A stretch of DNA of 64,000 bases from Actinomycetales bacterium (GCA_028868975.1 JAGWTM010000001.1:4301-68300), one strand, 5' to 3'; shown: positions 1 to 13,996, counted from the first letter of the stretch. The notes: generated by a model not told the origin, from the sequence alone. Made by a program: numbers and translations.

Positions 1-648
1 TGGTTTCATTCGAGCCAGCCGCTGAGCGTCAAACAGTCCCTTAGTCTCAGGCGTCAACGCTGCCGCTAAGACCACGAAATCTGCGCCGGGCAGTGCCGCA
101 TCCAGTTCAGCAAAGGGAATGACCGCCGCGGCACCGTCCATGGTTGACACGTGCTTGCGAACCACGGTCACGCGGGCACGAAAAGGGTTCAGCAGTTTAA
201 GTAGCTCCTCGGTGATGCCACCGCCGCCAACTACCAAAACCTCGGCGTCATAGAGCGAGACCGCGAACTTTTTGCCCCAAGACTTAGCGCGAACCCGCTC
301 GGGAATAGCTCGCCCGAGGGCCATGCAAAGCATCAGCGCATGCTCGGCTACCGGCTCACGATAGGAACCCTTGGCCGAAGTGAAACGCCCACCGTTAGCA
401 AGCAGAGGCGGGTGCTTCAGCACCTTGGCAAACGCGTCGACACCCGCAAAGGGCAGCTGCACCCATTCGAGTTGAGGGTTCTCGTCGAGTAGGTCGGCGA
501 GGGCGTCGGGACGCGCGTAATCCGTCCAAATTAGCGCTCCGACGTCTGCGCTCAGCGGCACTACTCGCCCACCGGCGGCCTCAACAGCCTCAACATACGG
601 AGCAAATTGTTTAGGTTCAATCGCGACCAGGTGTCGATCAATCTCCAT
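1..648 (-). CDS. D-isomer-specific 2-hydroxyacid dehydrogenase family protein (N-terminal 216 codons; 3' end runs off the window)
   Basis: Absent from the ORF track because it has no stop in the window. My translation from the ATG at 648-646 reads MEIDRHLVAIEPKQFAPYVEAVEAAGGRVV...EHALMLCMALGR...AEVLVVGGGGITEELLKLL.... It has a GxGxxG NAD-binding loop, and the frame stays open to base 1. Confidence 0.6.
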   Translation of the reverse strand, partial: MEIDRHLVAIEPKQFAPYVEAVEAAGGRVVPLSADVGALIWTDYARPDALADLLDENPQLEWVQLPFAGVDAFAKVLKHPPLLANGGRFTSAKGSYREPVAEHALMLCMALGRAIPERVRAKSWGKKFAVSLYDAEVLVVGGGGITEELLKLLNPFRARVTVVRKHVSTMDGAAAVIPFAELDAALPGADFVVLAAALTPETKGLFDAQRLARMKP

Positions 649-660
649 GTGATACCCCTC

Positions 661-2589
661 CTAGCCCTGGGCGCGCAGGGCCCGACGGTCGGCCTCGAGG
701 GCCACCAGTCGCCTGTTGACCTCAGAGAACCGCTCTGGTTGCGAAGACGCGTCCAATCGGCGCAGTTCGGCAAGTAGATCGTTCTTCTCTACATTGAGTG
801 ATCGATCCAAAGCTCCGATGATGACGCCTTTGCCATAGCGTGCGAGTGCTTCCTCGCTGTCAGCTGGCAGCTGCTGGACGGCAATCTCGGTGACCGCTGG
901 CTGCAGTTCGGGTGGCAGCAAGGACTGAAGTCGTTCGAGCCAACCATGGTCGTGAATCGCATCGGGCATCTCGGAAACCAGACGTGCGATGGCCTGGCCG
1001 ATTGCATTATGAGCGGGATGCGCAAATCCAACCGCCAAGATCCTCGCTAGCGCGTTGGGCGAATAGCAGTCTGGCACTTGAACGATTACCTCGAGCACCT
1101 GACGCTCAACTCGGGTCATCGGATCATTGAGATTGATTGGAGGGAAGGTTCTGACTGCCGGGGTCTCGCCCGAATTCGAAAACGAGCCGCTCTCATCGGC
1201 GGACGAAGGAGTTGCCTCGGTTGCACCTACGTTGCCGCGGTTCATGGCGGCCACTCCAGCGCGTGCCTTGCTCCTCACGGCCTCCTCGACGAACGCGTGA
1301 ACCTCCTGCGGATCAAGACTTACCCAACCCGAAAGCTCGCGTTCGTAGGCTGACCTGGAGGTTACGTCTCGAATCGCAGCGATGATCGGCGCAGCGGCTT
1401 TGGCACCGGCAACGCGTCCGGCGACATTGGTGAGGTCGAATTTGTCCAGGTACTGACGAACCATGAATTCGTAGATCGGCTTGCGGTTAGCGATCATGGC
1501 CCGAACGGCCTCATCACCCCTACTGGAACGAAGGTCGCAAGGGTCGAGTCCATCGGGGCCAACCGCTACAAACGTCTGGGCCTTGAATTGCGAACTTTGT
1601 TCCCAGGCTCGCATCGCGGCCTTTTGGCCCGCTTCGTCCGGATCGAAACAGAAGATGACCTCGGCGGTTCCCTCGGTGCCGCCCGAGAGCAGGCGGTTGA
1701 TGATATTCACGTGCTCTTCAGTGAAAGCCGTACCGCAGGTAGCGATGGCCGTATCGACCCCGGCCAAATGGCAAGCCATCACATCGGTGTAGCCCTCAAC
1801 CACGACTACCTGACGTTTTTTGCCGATCGGCGCCTTGGCCAGATCGATTCCGTAAAGCACCTTGTTCTTGTGATAGACCGGCGAATCCGAGCTGTTGTAG
1901 TACTTGGGTCCCTGATCGGTTTCAAGCAGCTTGCGGGCGCCAAAACCAATCACGGCACCGCCCTGGTCCCGAATCGGCCACATGAGGCGGCCTCGATAAA
2001 AGTCGTACACGCCTCCGGTTTTTTCGCTCTTGCGAACCAATGTGGAATCCAACAACTCTTGGTCGGTGAAGCCCATGGACTTGAGATGGTTGGTTAGGGC
2101 ATTGAAGCTATCGGGCGAATAACCGACTCCGAACTTGGCTGCCGCGGCTTTGTCGAAACCTCGATCGAGCAGGTTGTCACGAGCCGGTTTGGCCTCATCG
2201 GTTGGCAACTGCGCTTGAAAAAACTCGGCTGCTGCCTGGTTAATTGCAAGAATTCTTGGGCGATTATTGGCCTCTTTAGCGGGCCCCCTGCCCTCTTCGT
2301 ATTCCAGCACAAAGCCAACCTTGGCGGCCAACAACTCGAGTGCGGCCGGAAAATCTAGGTTTTCAATCTGCATTACGAAACCAAAGACATCGCCTTTGGC
2401 GCCACACGACCAGCACTGCCACAGCCCCATGTGCGGGGTGACCGTCATCGATGGGTTTTTATCGGCGTGAAAGGGACACAGGCCCTTATAGGAATTGGCC
2501 GAGGCTCGCTTGAGTTGGACGTAACCCGAAATCACATCGACCAGGTCGAGGCGATCGCGCAGTGCTTCCTTGTTTTTTGCGATGGCCAT
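661..2589 (-). CDS. dnaG: DNA primase
   Basis: 642-aa ORF with a zinc-ribbon CPFHADKNPSM...WQCWSCG, the Toprim motif VVVVEGYTDVMA, and an ATG start. Confidence 0.95.
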   Translation of the reverse strand: MAIAKNKEALRDRLDLVDVISGYVQLKRASANSYKGLCPFHADKNPSMTVTPHMGLWQCWSCGAKGDVFGFVMQIENLDFPAALELLAAKVGFVLEYEEGRGPAKEANNRPRILAINQAAAEFFQAQLPTDEAKPARDNLLDRGFDKAAAAKFGVGYSPDSFNALTNHLKSMGFTDQELLDSTLVRKSEKTGGVYDFYRGRLMWPIRDQGGAVIGFGARKLLETDQGPKYYNSSDSPVYHKNKVLYGIDLAKAPIGKKRQVVVVEGYTDVMACHLAGVDTAIATCGTAFTEEHVNIINRLLSGGTEGTAEVIFCFDPDEAGQKAAMRAWEQSSQFKAQTFVAVGPDGLDPCDLRSSRGDEAVRAMIANRKPIYEFMVRQYLDKFDLTNVAGRVAGAKAAAPIIAAIRDVTSRSAYERELSGWVSLDPQEVHAFVEEAVRSKARAGVAAMNRGNVGATEATPSSADESGSFSNSGETPAVRTFPPINLNDPMTRVERQVLEVIVQVPDCYSPNALARILAVGFAHPAHNAIGQAIARLVSEMPDAIHDHGWLERLQSLLPPELQPAVTEIAVQQLPADSEEALARYGKGVIIGALDRSLNVEKNDLLAELRRLDASSQPERFSEVNRRLVALEADRRALRAQG

Positions 2590-2607
2590 GAGTAAATCCT
2601 ACGAAGG

Positions 2608-3894
2608 TCAGCCGCGCGGGCCGACCAGCCGTTCATGCAGGGCGATTGCGCTCTGGTCGGTGAGTGAGGCAACCTGGTCGACGATGACGCGCCGCTGCGC
2701 CGACTCATCCTTTGCCGACAGCCAGGCGGCCGAGCTGTATGCGTCCAGCTCACGGCCGTTGGCCGCCAGCAACGCGTCCGCGAGCTCAACGAGGACAATT
2801 CGCTGGCGCTCATAGAACGGCTGGCGTCGTTCGTGCGACATCAGAAAAGCCGAAACAATTCCCTTGAGGACGGCAATTTCGGCACGGACCTCTCGCGGAA
2901 CCGCGAGGATGGCTCCGAAACGCGCGAGTGATTCCGCGGGAGAATCGTCGATTATGGCGCTTGTGGTGCGACTAACGAAACGGCCGATCAAGGCGCTGGT
3001 GAGGTTCTTGAGTTGACCGAGGTCGCGCGTCGACCCAACGTATTCGCGCAGCCAGTAGGTCTCGGTTTGCAGTCGTTCCAGCGCCTGCCGCAACTCATCC
3101 TGCTCGATTGAAAAGCCATTCCAGGCGGCAATCTTGGTTAGCAGTTCCGATTCGTAGGCAGCATCATTCAGCTGGGCCACGTCGACGTAGCGTGAAACGA
3201 TGGCATCTTCAAAGTCATGAACCGAATAAGCAACATCGTCGGCGAAGTCCATGATCTGCGCTTCAACCGACTTGCGCATCGCGGGAGCGCCGATACGCAT
3301 CCATTCAAAAATCGGTAGGTCATCTTCATAAACGCCGAATTTGAGCGAGTGGTCGGCACCTTTTTCAGCGGATGCGTCCGCGAGGCTCCAGGGGTATTTG
3401 CAAGCTGCATCGAGGCTCGCGCGAGTCAGATTTAGACCAACCGAAAGGCCCTCGCGGGTTGAAACTTTTGGTTCGATTCGAGTGAGGAGGCGAAGGGTCT
3501 GAGCATTGCCCTCGAAGCCGCCGATGCCCTCGGCCCAAATGTTGAGAGCCTTCTCACCGTTGTGTCCGAAGGGTGGGTGCCCAAGGTCATGGGCCAGGCA
3601 GGCCATGTCAACCAGGTCAGGACTGACCCCGAGGTCAAGCGCCATCTCGCGTCCGATCTGCGCGACCTCCAGCGAGTGTGTTAGTCGGGTGCGAGCAAAA
3701 TCGCCGCCGGATGGACTCAAAACCTGCGTCTTGGCGCCGAGCCGTCGCAACGCTGCCGAATGAACCACACGGGCGCGATCTCGCGCGAATTCACCACGTC
3801 CCGAAGCGCCGGTGCGGGTTTCGGGCACAAAGCGCTCGCGATCAAAGTCGCTGTAACCGCGTTCAAAAACGCTGCGATCAAAGCCCAGAGACAT
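2608..3894 (-). CDS. dgt: dGTPase-like deoxynucleoside triphosphate triphosphohydrolase (HD domain)
   Basis: 428-aa ORF with HD-domain motifs TRLTHSLEV and CLAHDLGHPPFGH. It sits next to dnaG, as is typical in actinobacteria. Confidence 0.9.
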   Translation of the reverse strand: MSLGFDRSVFERGYSDFDRERFVPETRTGASGRGEFARDRARVVHSAALRRLGAKTQVLSPSGGDFARTRLTHSLEVAQIGREMALDLGVSPDLVDMACLAHDLGHPPFGHNGEKALNIWAEGIGGFEGNAQTLRLLTRIEPKVSTREGLSVGLNLTRASLDAACKYPWSLADASAEKGADHSLKFGVYEDDLPIFEWMRIGAPAMRKSVEAQIMDFADDVAYSVHDFEDAIVSRYVDVAQLNDAAYESELLTKIAAWNGFSIEQDELRQALERLQTETYWLREYVGSTRDLGQLKNLTSALIGRFVSRTTSAIIDDSPAESLARFGAILAVPREVRAEIAVLKGIVSAFLMSHERRQPFYERQRIVLVELADALLAANGRELDAYSSAAWLSAKDESAQRRVIVDQVASLTDQSAIALHERLVGPRG

Positions 3895-3903
3895 CAGACA
3901 CCC

Positions 3904-5073
3904 CTAACCACCTGAAACATTGAGCTCGGCCTCTTGGAGCAGGATGCGCTGCTTGCCCTCGAGTTCCTGGGAATCCAGCCAGTTCTCCGGCAAGCTGCAG
4001 GCCTTCGCACCGCCGAGACGACCGCGAGGCCCCTCGGCCAGTTCACCCGGGTAAGCAATGTCTCGGTCGAGAGAGCCGAAAATGTCATCCATGTGCGCCA
4101 ACGATTCGACACGGTGCAACTGGTCACGGAAGTCACCGCCAACCGGATACCCCTTGAAGTACCACGAGACGTGTTTGCGAATATCGCGGCAACCGCGCGC
4201 TTCATCGCCGTCGAAGAATTCAATCAACAGCTCAGCGTGGCGCTTGAAGGCGTCGGCCACCTCGCCGAGGGTGGGCTGAACTGGTTCAATTGCGGCATTT
4301 GAATTTGGATCGCGCTGGTATTCGTCAAATGCCTGCTGAAGATCAGCAAACAACCACGGACGCCCAAGACAGCCTCGACCAACCACTACCCCGTCAACAC
4401 CGGTCTCACGCATCATGCGGATAGCGTCTCCGGCAGACCAGATGTCGCCATTGCCAAGCACCTGAACATCAGGTAGCGCTTCACGCAGGGTGGCGATTGA
4501 ATTCCAATCCGCGGTTCCCGAATAATAATCGCTCGCGGTGCGTCCGTGCAGCGCAACTGCTGTCACCCCTGCATCACGGGCTGACTTGCCGGCATCCAGG
4601 AAAGTCAGGTGGTCGGCATCGATTCCCTTGCGCATTTTCACCGTGACAGGAATGTCTCCCGCAGAGTTGACGGCTGCCTGAACAATTGCCGCAAAGAGGT
4701 CGCGCTTCCATGGCAAGGCGGCACCCCCGCCTTTGCGAGTGACCTTCGGAACCGGGCAACCGAAATTCAGATCGATGTGGTCGGCTCGATTCTCGTCCAC
4801 CAGCATTTTGACTGCATCGGAAACCGTTTTGGGGTCGACTCCGTAAAGCTGAACCGATCGAATATCTTCGGACTCGTGATGGCTGATTAGACGCATCGAT
4901 TCCTCGGTGCGCTCAACCAGAGCCCGTGAAGTAACCATTTCGGAGACATACAGACCACCACCGAATTCGCGACAGAGACGGCGAAAGGCAGTGTTGGTGA
5001 TGCCGGCCATCGGTGCGAGCACGACGGGCGTAGTGATTGCCAGCTTGCCGTACTGAAGGGCCGGTTTCGTCAT
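3904..5073 (-). CDS. tRNA-dihydrouridine synthase
   Basis: 389-aa ORF with Dus-family motifs VVLAPMAGITNTAFRRLCREFG, DLNFGCP and ALHGRT. Confidence 0.9.
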   Translation of the reverse strand: MTKPALQYGKLAITTPVVLAPMAGITNTAFRRLCREFGGGLYVSEMVTSRALVERTEESMRLISHHESEDIRSVQLYGVDPKTVSDAVKMLVDENRADHIDLNFGCPVPKVTRKGGGAALPWKRDLFAAIVQAAVNSAGDIPVTVKMRKGIDADHLTFLDAGKSARDAGVTAVALHGRTASDYYSGTADWNSIATLREALPDVQVLGNGDIWSAGDAIRMMRETGVDGVVVGRGCLGRPWLFADLQQAFDEYQRDPNSNAAIEPVQPTLGEVADAFKRHAELLIEFFDGDEARGCRDIRKHVSWYFKGYPVGGDFRDQLHRVESLAHMDDIFGSLDRDIAYPGELAEGPRGRLGGAKACSLPENWLDSQELEGKQRILLQEAELNVSGG

Positions 5074-5094
5074 CTGAAGTGTTCGACGGTGGGA

Positions 5095-6474
5095 CTAAAC
5101 GAGCAGTTTTGCGGCTAGATAGCCAGGCAACTGGTCGAGCGAAACTCGCTCCTGCTGCATGGTGTCGCGCTCGCGAACGGTAACGGCTTTATCTTCGAGC
5201 GTGTCGAAGTCGACGGTTACGCAGAACGGGGTTCCGATTTCATCCTGGCGGCGGTAACGGCGACCGATAGCACCCGAATCGTCGAAATCAATATTCCAGT
5301 TCTTGCGAAGGTTCGCCGCAAGCTCTCGAGCGATTGGAGATAGCTCCTCATTGCGAGACAGTGGCAAGACAGCAGCCTTGACCGGGGCCAGACGATAGTC
5401 GAGACGAAGAACGGTGCGAACATCGACGCCACCCTTCGTGTTTGGAGCCTCGTCTTCGTGGTAGGCATCCACTAAAAAGGCCATTAGCGAACGAGTCAGA
5501 CCGGCGGCCGGTTCGATCACGTAAGGCGTCCAGCGCTCACCCTTGGCCTGATCGAAGTAGCTCAGGTCGGTACCCGATTCCTTCGAGTGCGTTGACAGGT
5601 CAAAGTCGGTGCGGTTGGCGATGCCTTCAAGTTCACCGAACTCGCTTCCGGTGAATCCGAAGCGGTATTCGATGTCGGCAGTGCGCTTCGAGTAGTGGCT
5701 GAGTTTTTCCTTCGGGTGTTCATAGATGCGAAGGTTCTCGGGGTTGATTCCAAGATCGATGTACCAGTTCAGGCGCTGCTCAATCCAGTAGTCGTGCCAC
5801 TGCTCATCGGTGCCCGGCTCGACGAAGAACTCCATCTCCATCTGCTCGAATTCGCGGGTGCGGAAAATGAAATTTCCCGGAGTGATCTCGTTGCGGAATG
5901 ACTTGCCGATCTGGCCGATTCCGAACGGTGGCTTCATGCGGGATGCGTTCAGCACGTTAGCAAAGTTGACAAAGATTCCCTGAGCGGTCTCTGGGCGCAG
6001 GTAGTGCAAACCCTCTTCTGCGGCAACAGGGCCCAGGAAGGTCTGAAGCAAGCCGTTGAAGGCCTTGGGCTCGGTCCACTGACCCTTGGTGCCGCAGTCC
6101 TTACATACGATCTCGGCCATTGACTCTGGCGCGCGACCCTTCTTCTCTTCAAAGGCTTCTTCGAGGTGGTCCTGGCGCTGACGCTTGTGGCAGCTCAGAC
6201 ACTCCACCAGCGGGTCGCTAAATTCACGGACGTGGCCCGAAGCCTCCCAGACTCGACGAGGCAAAATGACGGATGAGTCGAGACCGACGATGTCCTCGCG
6301 GCTATTGACCATGGTCTTCCACCACTGGCGCTTGATGTTTTCTTTCAGTTCGACGCCGAGGGGTCCGTAATCCCAGGCCGAGCGCGAGCCGCCATAGATT
6401 TCACCGGCCTGAAAGACAAAGCCGCGACGTTTTGCTAGAGAAATTACCGATTCGAGACGGTTAGGGGTAGCCAC
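5095..6474 (-). CDS. glyQS: glycine--tRNA ligase (homodimeric class II type)
   Basis: 459-aa ORF with motifs [20 protein letters not shown] and [15 protein letters not shown]. The start is GTG, preceded by a GGAG SD. Confidence 0.95.
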   Translation of the reverse strand: MATPNRLESVISLAKRRGFVFQAGEIYGGSRSAWDYGPLGVELKENIKRQWWKTMVNSREDIVGLDSSVILPRRVWEASGHVREFSDPLVECLSCHKRQRQDHLEEAFEEKKGRAPESMAEIVCKDCGTKGQWTEPKAFNGLLQTFLGPVAAEEGLHYLRPETAQGIFVNFANVLNASRMKPPFGIGQIGKSFRNEITPGNFIFRTREFEQMEMEFFVEPGTDEQWHDYWIEQRLNWYIDLGINPENLRIYEHPKEKLSHYSKRTADIEYRFGFTGSEFGELEGIANRTDFDLSTHSKESGTDLSYFDQAKGERWTPYVIEPAAGLTRSLMAFLVDAYHEDEAPNTKGGVDVRTVLRLDYRLAPVKAAVLPLSRNEELSPIARELAANLRKNWNIDFDDSGAIGRRYRRQDEIGTPFCVTVDFDTLEDKAVTVRERDTMQQERVSLDQLPGYLAAKLLV

Positions 6475-6572
6475 TTAAACTCCATAGGTTCTTGGCCTGA
6501 CCGGATGCCAGACCAGTTGGCGCTGCACGAGGCAGACAGAACTCTCAGTCTAGCCGTTTAGCCTCGATTGCC

Positions 6573-7394
6573 CTAGGTCTTGGGCTTGTCCAGCGCGCCG
6601 CCAAACCGGCGATCGCGGTTCTTGAAATTGTCGATGGCCTGCCACAGGTGCTGTCGACCAAAGTCGGGCCAAAGCGTGCTGGCAAACTCAAATTCGGCGT
6701 ATGCGCTCTGCCAGAGCAAGAAGTTGGATGCCCGCTGCTCCCCCGAACTGCGCAAGAACAGATCCACATCCGGAAGCCAATTGCTGCCAAGGTAGCGTGA
6801 CACGGTCTTCTCACTGATCGAACCGGGCTTGAGGCGGCCAGCCGCGATGTCCTGGCTCATCGCGTTGAAGGCATCCGTGATTTCAATTCGGGAACCGTAA
6901 TTCACGCACATGGTCAGAGTCAATTTCGAGTTCTTTGCGGTCAGCCGCTCGGCTTCCTGCAGTTCGTCGATCACGCTCGACCACAGCTTCGGGCGACGAC
7001 CAGCCCAACGAATCCGGACGCCCCAGGCATTCAACTGGTCGCGCCGGCGGCGAAGGACATCACGATTGAAGCCCATCAAAAAACGGACTTCCTCGGGTGA
7101 ACGCTTCCAGTTTTCAGTGCTGAAGGCATACACGGTCAAATACTTGACCCCGGCTTCCAGAGCTCCAGCAACGACATCCAGGAGCGCAGCCTCGCCGGCC
7201 TTATGCCCCTCAATTCGGGTTAGACCGCGCTCGTTAGCCCACCTACCATTGCCGTCCATGACGATGGCGACGTGATTGGGCACGCTGTTGGCCTCGAATT
7301 TGGGGCATGGGCGATCGGGTCGAGCCACGGGCAAAAAGCCGTCGACGGGCTGCCAGAGGTTCGCTAAGGCTCCAAGTGATTGGGAATCAGTCAT
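6573..7394 (-). CDS. uppS: isoprenyl transferase (undecaprenyl-diphosphate synthase family)
   Basis: Motifs [13 protein letters not shown] and [16 protein letters not shown] place the start at the ATG at 7394, which forms an ATGA overlap with the recO stop. The track ORF extends 16 codons further upstream. Confidence 0.9.
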   Translation of the reverse strand: MTDSQSLGALANLWQPVDGFLPVARPDRPCPKFEANSVPNHVAIVMDGNGRWANERGLTRIEGHKAGEAALLDVVAGALEAGVKYLTVYAFSTENWKRSPEEVRFLMGFNRDVLRRRRDQLNAWGVRIRWAGRRPKLWSSVIDELQEAERLTAKNSKLTLTMCVNYGSRIEITDAFNAMSQDIAAGRLKPGSISEKTVSRYLGSNWLPDVDLFLRSSGEQRASNFLLWQSAYAEFEFASTLWPDFGRQHLWQAIDNFKNRDRRFGGALDKPKT

Positions 7395-8119
7395 TCTCGC
7401 TCCACGTGCTGCAGTGATTTGAGCCCTCGTTCGATGTGCCACTGGCTGTATGCCGCAACAATACCCGAAGCTGCGGACCTCGCCCTATCGCTGGATGCGT
7501 CAGCCAAGCCCCAGTCTCCCGCCAAGAGGGCACCTAGAAGTTCATTGGTCGCCGGATCGATCACGGCGGCACCGGCCGGCTTGCAATCTTCACAGGCCAC
7601 GCCTCCCGCTTGGATTACGAAGGATCGGTGCGGACCCGGGGTTCCGCAACGAGCGCACTCAATAAAGTTTGGTGCCCAGCCCGCAATCGACAGTGCCCTT
7701 AGCAAATAGCTGTCGAGAACCAGCCCGGGTGCGTGTTCTCGATTGGAGAGACTTCTCAGAGCGCCAACCAACAGCAGATATTGCTGGGGTTGAGAATCGC
7801 TCGCCGAAGTTAGCTTTTCTGCAGTTTCGACCATGACCGATGCCGCCGTGTATGAGGCGTAGTCGCTAATAATCTCGCGGCCGTATGCGCCAATCGACTC
7901 AACTTGGGTCACCGAATCGAGGGTTCGCCCCTCGTAACACTGAATGTCGACAACCATGAATGGCTCGAGCCTCGAGCCAAACCGTGAACTGGTTTTTCGA
8001 ACTCCTTTGGCGACCGCTCGGATTTGGCCGTGATAACGAGAGAGCAGCGTCACAATTCGATCCGCTTCACCCAACTTGTGGGTGCGCAGCACGACGGCTT
8101 CATCTCGGTAGGTTGGCAC
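7391..8119 (-). CDS. recO: DNA repair protein RecO
   Basis: 242-aa ORF with N-terminus [20 protein letters not shown] and a C-terminal Cys cluster CARCG...CEDC. The start is GTG. Confidence 0.9.
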   Translation of the reverse strand: MPTYRDEAVVLRTHKLGEADRIVTLLSRYHGQIRAVAKGVRKTSSRFGSRLEPFMVVDIQCYEGRTLDSVTQVESIGAYGREIISDYASYTAASVMVETAEKLTSASDSQPQQYLLLVGALRSLSNREHAPGLVLDSYLLRALSIAGWAPNFIECARCGTPGPHRSFVIQAGGVACEDCKPAGAAVIDPATNELLGALLAGDWGLADASSDRARSAASGIVAAYSQWHIERGLKSLQHVERE

Positions 8120-8147
8120 CTATCGATTATGCGTGTGCGGCGATGGG

Positions 8148-9944
<1,797 letters not shown>

Positions 9945-9961
9945 TCAGCCGTAAACCAGCT

Positions 9962-10023
9962 CCGCGACGAGGAAGGCCGGGTTAGGCCTCGTCGCGGCCG
10001 CTAAGAAGTAGCAGTGAGAACAC
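9962..10023 (-). promoter_or_regulatory. candidate leucine leader peptide (13 codons, LLLL) with attenuator-type hairpin upstream of leuA
   Basis: The minus strand from 10023 to 9982 reads GTG TTC TCA CTG CTA CTT CTT AGC GGC CGC GAC GAG GCC TAA. The 3' part of this ORF forms an 11-bp GC stem (9997-9987 pairing with 9972-9962) and the stop codon lies in the loop. No SD precedes the GTG. Confidence 0.5.
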
Positions 10024-10048
10024 GCTTTTAGGCTAGCGCTTATGAGCG

Positions 10049-10960
10049 CTAGAAACCAAGTTTTCCAAGCTGTTTCGGGTCGCGCTGCCACTCGGGAGCC
10101 ACTTTGACCCGAAGACTCAAAAAGACCTTGTGACCGATCAGACGTTCGATTTCTTGACGGGCCGTCTGACCAACGGCTTTCAGTCGTGAACCCTTGGGGC
10201 CGATGATGATGCCCTTTTGACTATCGCGTTCAAGCCAGATGTTCGCGTGGATGTCGGTGAGCTCTTGGTCCTCGCGTTTCGACATCTCGTCAATGGTCAC
10301 AGCGATCGAGTGCGGGAGTTCATCGCGCACCCCTTCCAGCGCTGCCTCACGGATGAATTCGCAAACTCGATCCTCGATCGACTCGTCGGTGATGATGTCT
10401 TCTGGGTAGAGCTTCGGCGATTCGGGCATGAGACCAATTAGCAACTCGGTTAGCGATTCGAGCTGGTCGCGCCCATTCGCTCCCTCACCCAGAGCGGAAA
10501 CCGGAATAATCGCATCCCAGTCACGCAGCTTGCCAACCTCCATCAGCTGGTTGGTGAGAGTTTGACGATCGGCCAACTCGGTTTTGGTCACGATGGCGAC
10601 GAGTTTCGCGCGGCGGTAGTCATCGAGCTGGGTGTTGATGAACTGGTCCCCGGGGCCGATTTTTTCGTTCGCCGGGAAGCACATTCCGATTACGTCGACA
10701 TCAGCCAAAGTTGACCCGACCAAATCGTTGAGTCGCTCACCCAGCAGAGTTCTTGGGCGATGCAATCCCGGTGTGTCAACGATGATCAGCTGGCCGTAGT
10801 CACGGTGAACGATACCCCTGATTGCTCGGCGTGTAGTTTGCGGCTTGGCGCTTGTGATTGCGATTTTCTCGCCGACCAGCGCATTGGTAAGAGTCGACTT
10901 ACCGACATTCGGCCTACCGACAAATGAGACAAATCCGGCGCGGTGATTGGGGGTGGTCAT
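10049..10960 (-). CDS. era: GTPase Era
   Basis: 303-aa ORF with G1 GRPNVGKST, DTPG, and a C-terminal KH domain. Its ATG overlaps the upstream stop (ATGA). Confidence 0.95.
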   Translation of the reverse strand: MTTPNHRAGFVSFVGRPNVGKSTLTNALVGEKIAITSAKPQTTRRAIRGIVHRDYGQLIIVDTPGLHRPRTLLGERLNDLVGSTLADVDVIGMCFPANEKIGPGDQFINTQLDDYRRAKLVAIVTKTELADRQTLTNQLMEVGKLRDWDAIIPVSALGEGANGRDQLESLTELLIGLMPESPKLYPEDIITDESIEDRVCEFIREAALEGVRDELPHSIAVTIDEMSKREDQELTDIHANIWLERDSQKGIIIGPKGSRLKAVGQTARQEIERLIGHKVFLSLRVKVAPEWQRDPKQLGKLGF

Positions 10961-12087
10961 CAGGCTTCAACTCCAAAAGCTGCTTGAGCGTCGGCCAAAT
11001 CCGACTGACGACTAACGAGAACTGAGACTAGTCGCTTGCGGCGGCCCTCGATACGTTCGGCGGTGAACTCGAGGCCAGAGTAGGTGACGGAGTCACCGCG
11101 AGCAGGGAGGCGCCCTAGTTCCTTGCTCAGCAGACCGCCGACGCTGTCGACGTCTTCATCCTCTAATTCGATGTCGAAGAGTTCACCGAGGTCAATCAGC
11201 GGGAACCTGGCGTTCACGCGCCACCGGTTCTCGTCGAGTTGTTCAACCTCCGCTGGCCCACTGTCGTACTCGTCGGTAATCTCGCCGACAAGTTCCTCAA
11301 TAACGTCCTCTAGGGTGACGAGCCCGGCGACTCCCCCGTATTCATCAACCACAATCGCGATGTGCCGGTTTGTGGTTTGCATCTGCTGCAGCAGGTCATC
11401 AACCGCGAGCGATTCGGGCACAAACAGCACCGCGCGCATTATCTCGGTGACGGATGTGGTCTTGAACGTGTCCTGTTTTTCGTGCATCGCACGTGCGGTG
11501 TCCTTGAGGTAGAGCACACCGACAATGTCGTCGATTGATCGACCTCGGACCGGCACTCTCGAGTAACCGCGGGCGAGCAAGACAGTCATCGCGTCGGCAA
11601 GGGTCGAATCAGCAGCAACGGTCGCCATGTCGACGCGAGGCACCATGATTTCGCGCACGATTGTGTCGCCGAAGTCCTCGACCGAGTCCAGGAGCTCCTG
11701 CTCAAACTCCTCGGGTTCCTCTTCTTTCGGAAGCGAAAGCGGAGTGAACAGCAGGTGCCACGAATTCACCGCTGGTCTAAAAAGGCGAAGAAGAGCTTGT
11801 CCGACCGGTCGGTGACCGAACCGCCGGGCAAGCCACTGGCTGCCAAAAAGCAGTGCAAACATCAGCGCGATTGAAATCAACGCGGTGAGTCCCCAACCGA
11901 TATTGATCGGACTCAATCCCTGACCGATGACCACGCCGAAGATCCCGGTCAGAACCAATCGCAAGAAGCCGAGAGATTCGGCACGATTCGACTCATCCTC
12001 GTTGGCTGCTGCGGCCGCGCGCAGGACCGCCGCCAGAGCCGCGGCAACCGCAACTAACAGAGCAATCCAGAGAGCAAGAGTCAGCAT
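10960..12087 (-). CDS. CBS-pair / CorC_HlyC domain membrane protein (hemolysin-family, CNNM-like)
   Basis: 375-aa ORF with N-terminal TM helices, then a CBS pair (IMVPRVDM..., IAIVVDEYGGVAGLVTLEDVIEELVGEI) and a C-terminal transporter-associated domain. It occupies the conserved phoH-ybeY-X-era position. Confidence 0.85.
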   Translation of the reverse strand: MLTLALWIALLVAVAAALAAVLRAAAAANEDESNRAESLGFLRLVLTGIFGVVIGQGLSPINIGWGLTALISIALMFALLFGSQWLARRFGHRPVGQALLRLFRPAVNSWHLLFTPLSLPKEEEPEEFEQELLDSVEDFGDTIVREIMVPRVDMATVAADSTLADAMTVLLARGYSRVPVRGRSIDDIVGVLYLKDTARAMHEKQDTFKTTSVTEIMRAVLFVPESLAVDDLLQQMQTTNRHIAIVVDEYGGVAGLVTLEDVIEELVGEITDEYDSGPAEVEQLDENRWRVNARFPLIDLGELFDIELEDEDVDSVGGLLSKELGRLPARGDSVTYSGLEFTAERIEGRRKRLVSVLVSRQSDLADAQAAFGVEA

Positions 12088-12096
12088 GTCCGCGGC

Positions 12097-12554
12097 TTAG
12101 GCCTTAGCCTCCGAAGCGTAAAAAGACAGCAGGATATCTCCTTGAATTCCAAACATGATTGCGTGCTCTTCAGGTTCGGCATGGTCATAGCCGAGCAAGT
12201 GCAGGATTCCATGGGTGGTCAGCAGCAAGATTTCGTTGATCGTTTCGTGACCGGCAGCCACCGCCTGTTTCTCGGCCACCGAAGGGCAAATGGCGATCGA
12301 CCCGAGATCCACCGGAGACGGCAATCCCTCATCGCGCGCGTAGGCGAACTCGCCGCTTGGCCAACTCATCACATCGGTTGGTCCTGGCTCATCCATAAAT
12401 TCGAGGTGGTACGCCTCCATGGCTTGCTCATCAACAAACTTGATGCCCAGCTCACTCAGCGGGTGAACCTGCATGAAATCCAGGGCGAAGGCAGCCAAAT
12501 TGAGGACGCGCTGCTCATCCAACTCGACCTGAGTTTCGTTATAAATCTCGGTGC

Positions 12555-12558
<4 letters not shown>
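12097..12558 (-). CDS. ybeY: rRNA maturation endoribonuclease YbeY
   Basis: 153-aa ORF with the zinc motif HGILHLLGYDH. It has an ATGA overlap with phoH. Confidence 0.9.
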
Positions 12559-13596
<1,038 letters not shown>

Positions 13597-13604
<8 letters not shown>

Positions 13605-13962
13605 GTGCGCTCGATTCTTCGGTAGTGGTTTGCATTCCGTTTTTTGGGGTTGTACTCATGATGTGCCCATGCGCGTGGAACACGGTCTGCCCGGCTTCGA
13701 TTCCAGTATTGAACTGCAATCTAAAAGAACCGGTTGAGTGCTCTGCGGCCAAACGACTACCGAGTTGGATGAGATCGACCAGCTGGTCTGGGGCATCAAA
13801 GGCGAGCGCCGCCACATCGGTGTGGTGATGTTTTGGCACGACCAGAATGTGCACCGGCTGTCTGGGATTGATGTCGTTGAATGCAATCGAGAGCTCGGAT
13901 TCGCCGACGAGTGTCGACGGAATTTCACCCGCGATGATTTTGCAAAAGATGCAGTTGTCCAA
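13597..13962 (-). CDS. HIT-family (histidine triad) nucleotide hydrolase
   Basis: N-terminal CIFCKII and the histidine triad HAHGHIM. I trimmed the start to the TTG at 13962, which is preceded by GGAGGA. The longer track ORF would overlap the rsmE 3' end. Confidence 0.8.
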
Positions 13963-13996
13963 AAGAGGTCCTCCGCCTGTAAGTCTAAGTTGCCGG

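Noticed and set aside
561-773. 70-aa minus-strand ORF bridging the dnaG 3' end and the dehydrogenase 5' end
   Set aside because: It is out of frame with both well-supported genes and overlaps each, so it is an artefact.
6475-6572. Possible T-box riboswitch upstream of glyQS
   Set aside because: Only 98 nt are available and I found no T-box core (AGGGTGGNACCGCG-like) or specifier-loop architecture. There is just a nested hairpin (CGAGGC-AGAC...GTCT...GCCTCG, about 6528-6566), which may be the uppS transcript 3' structure.
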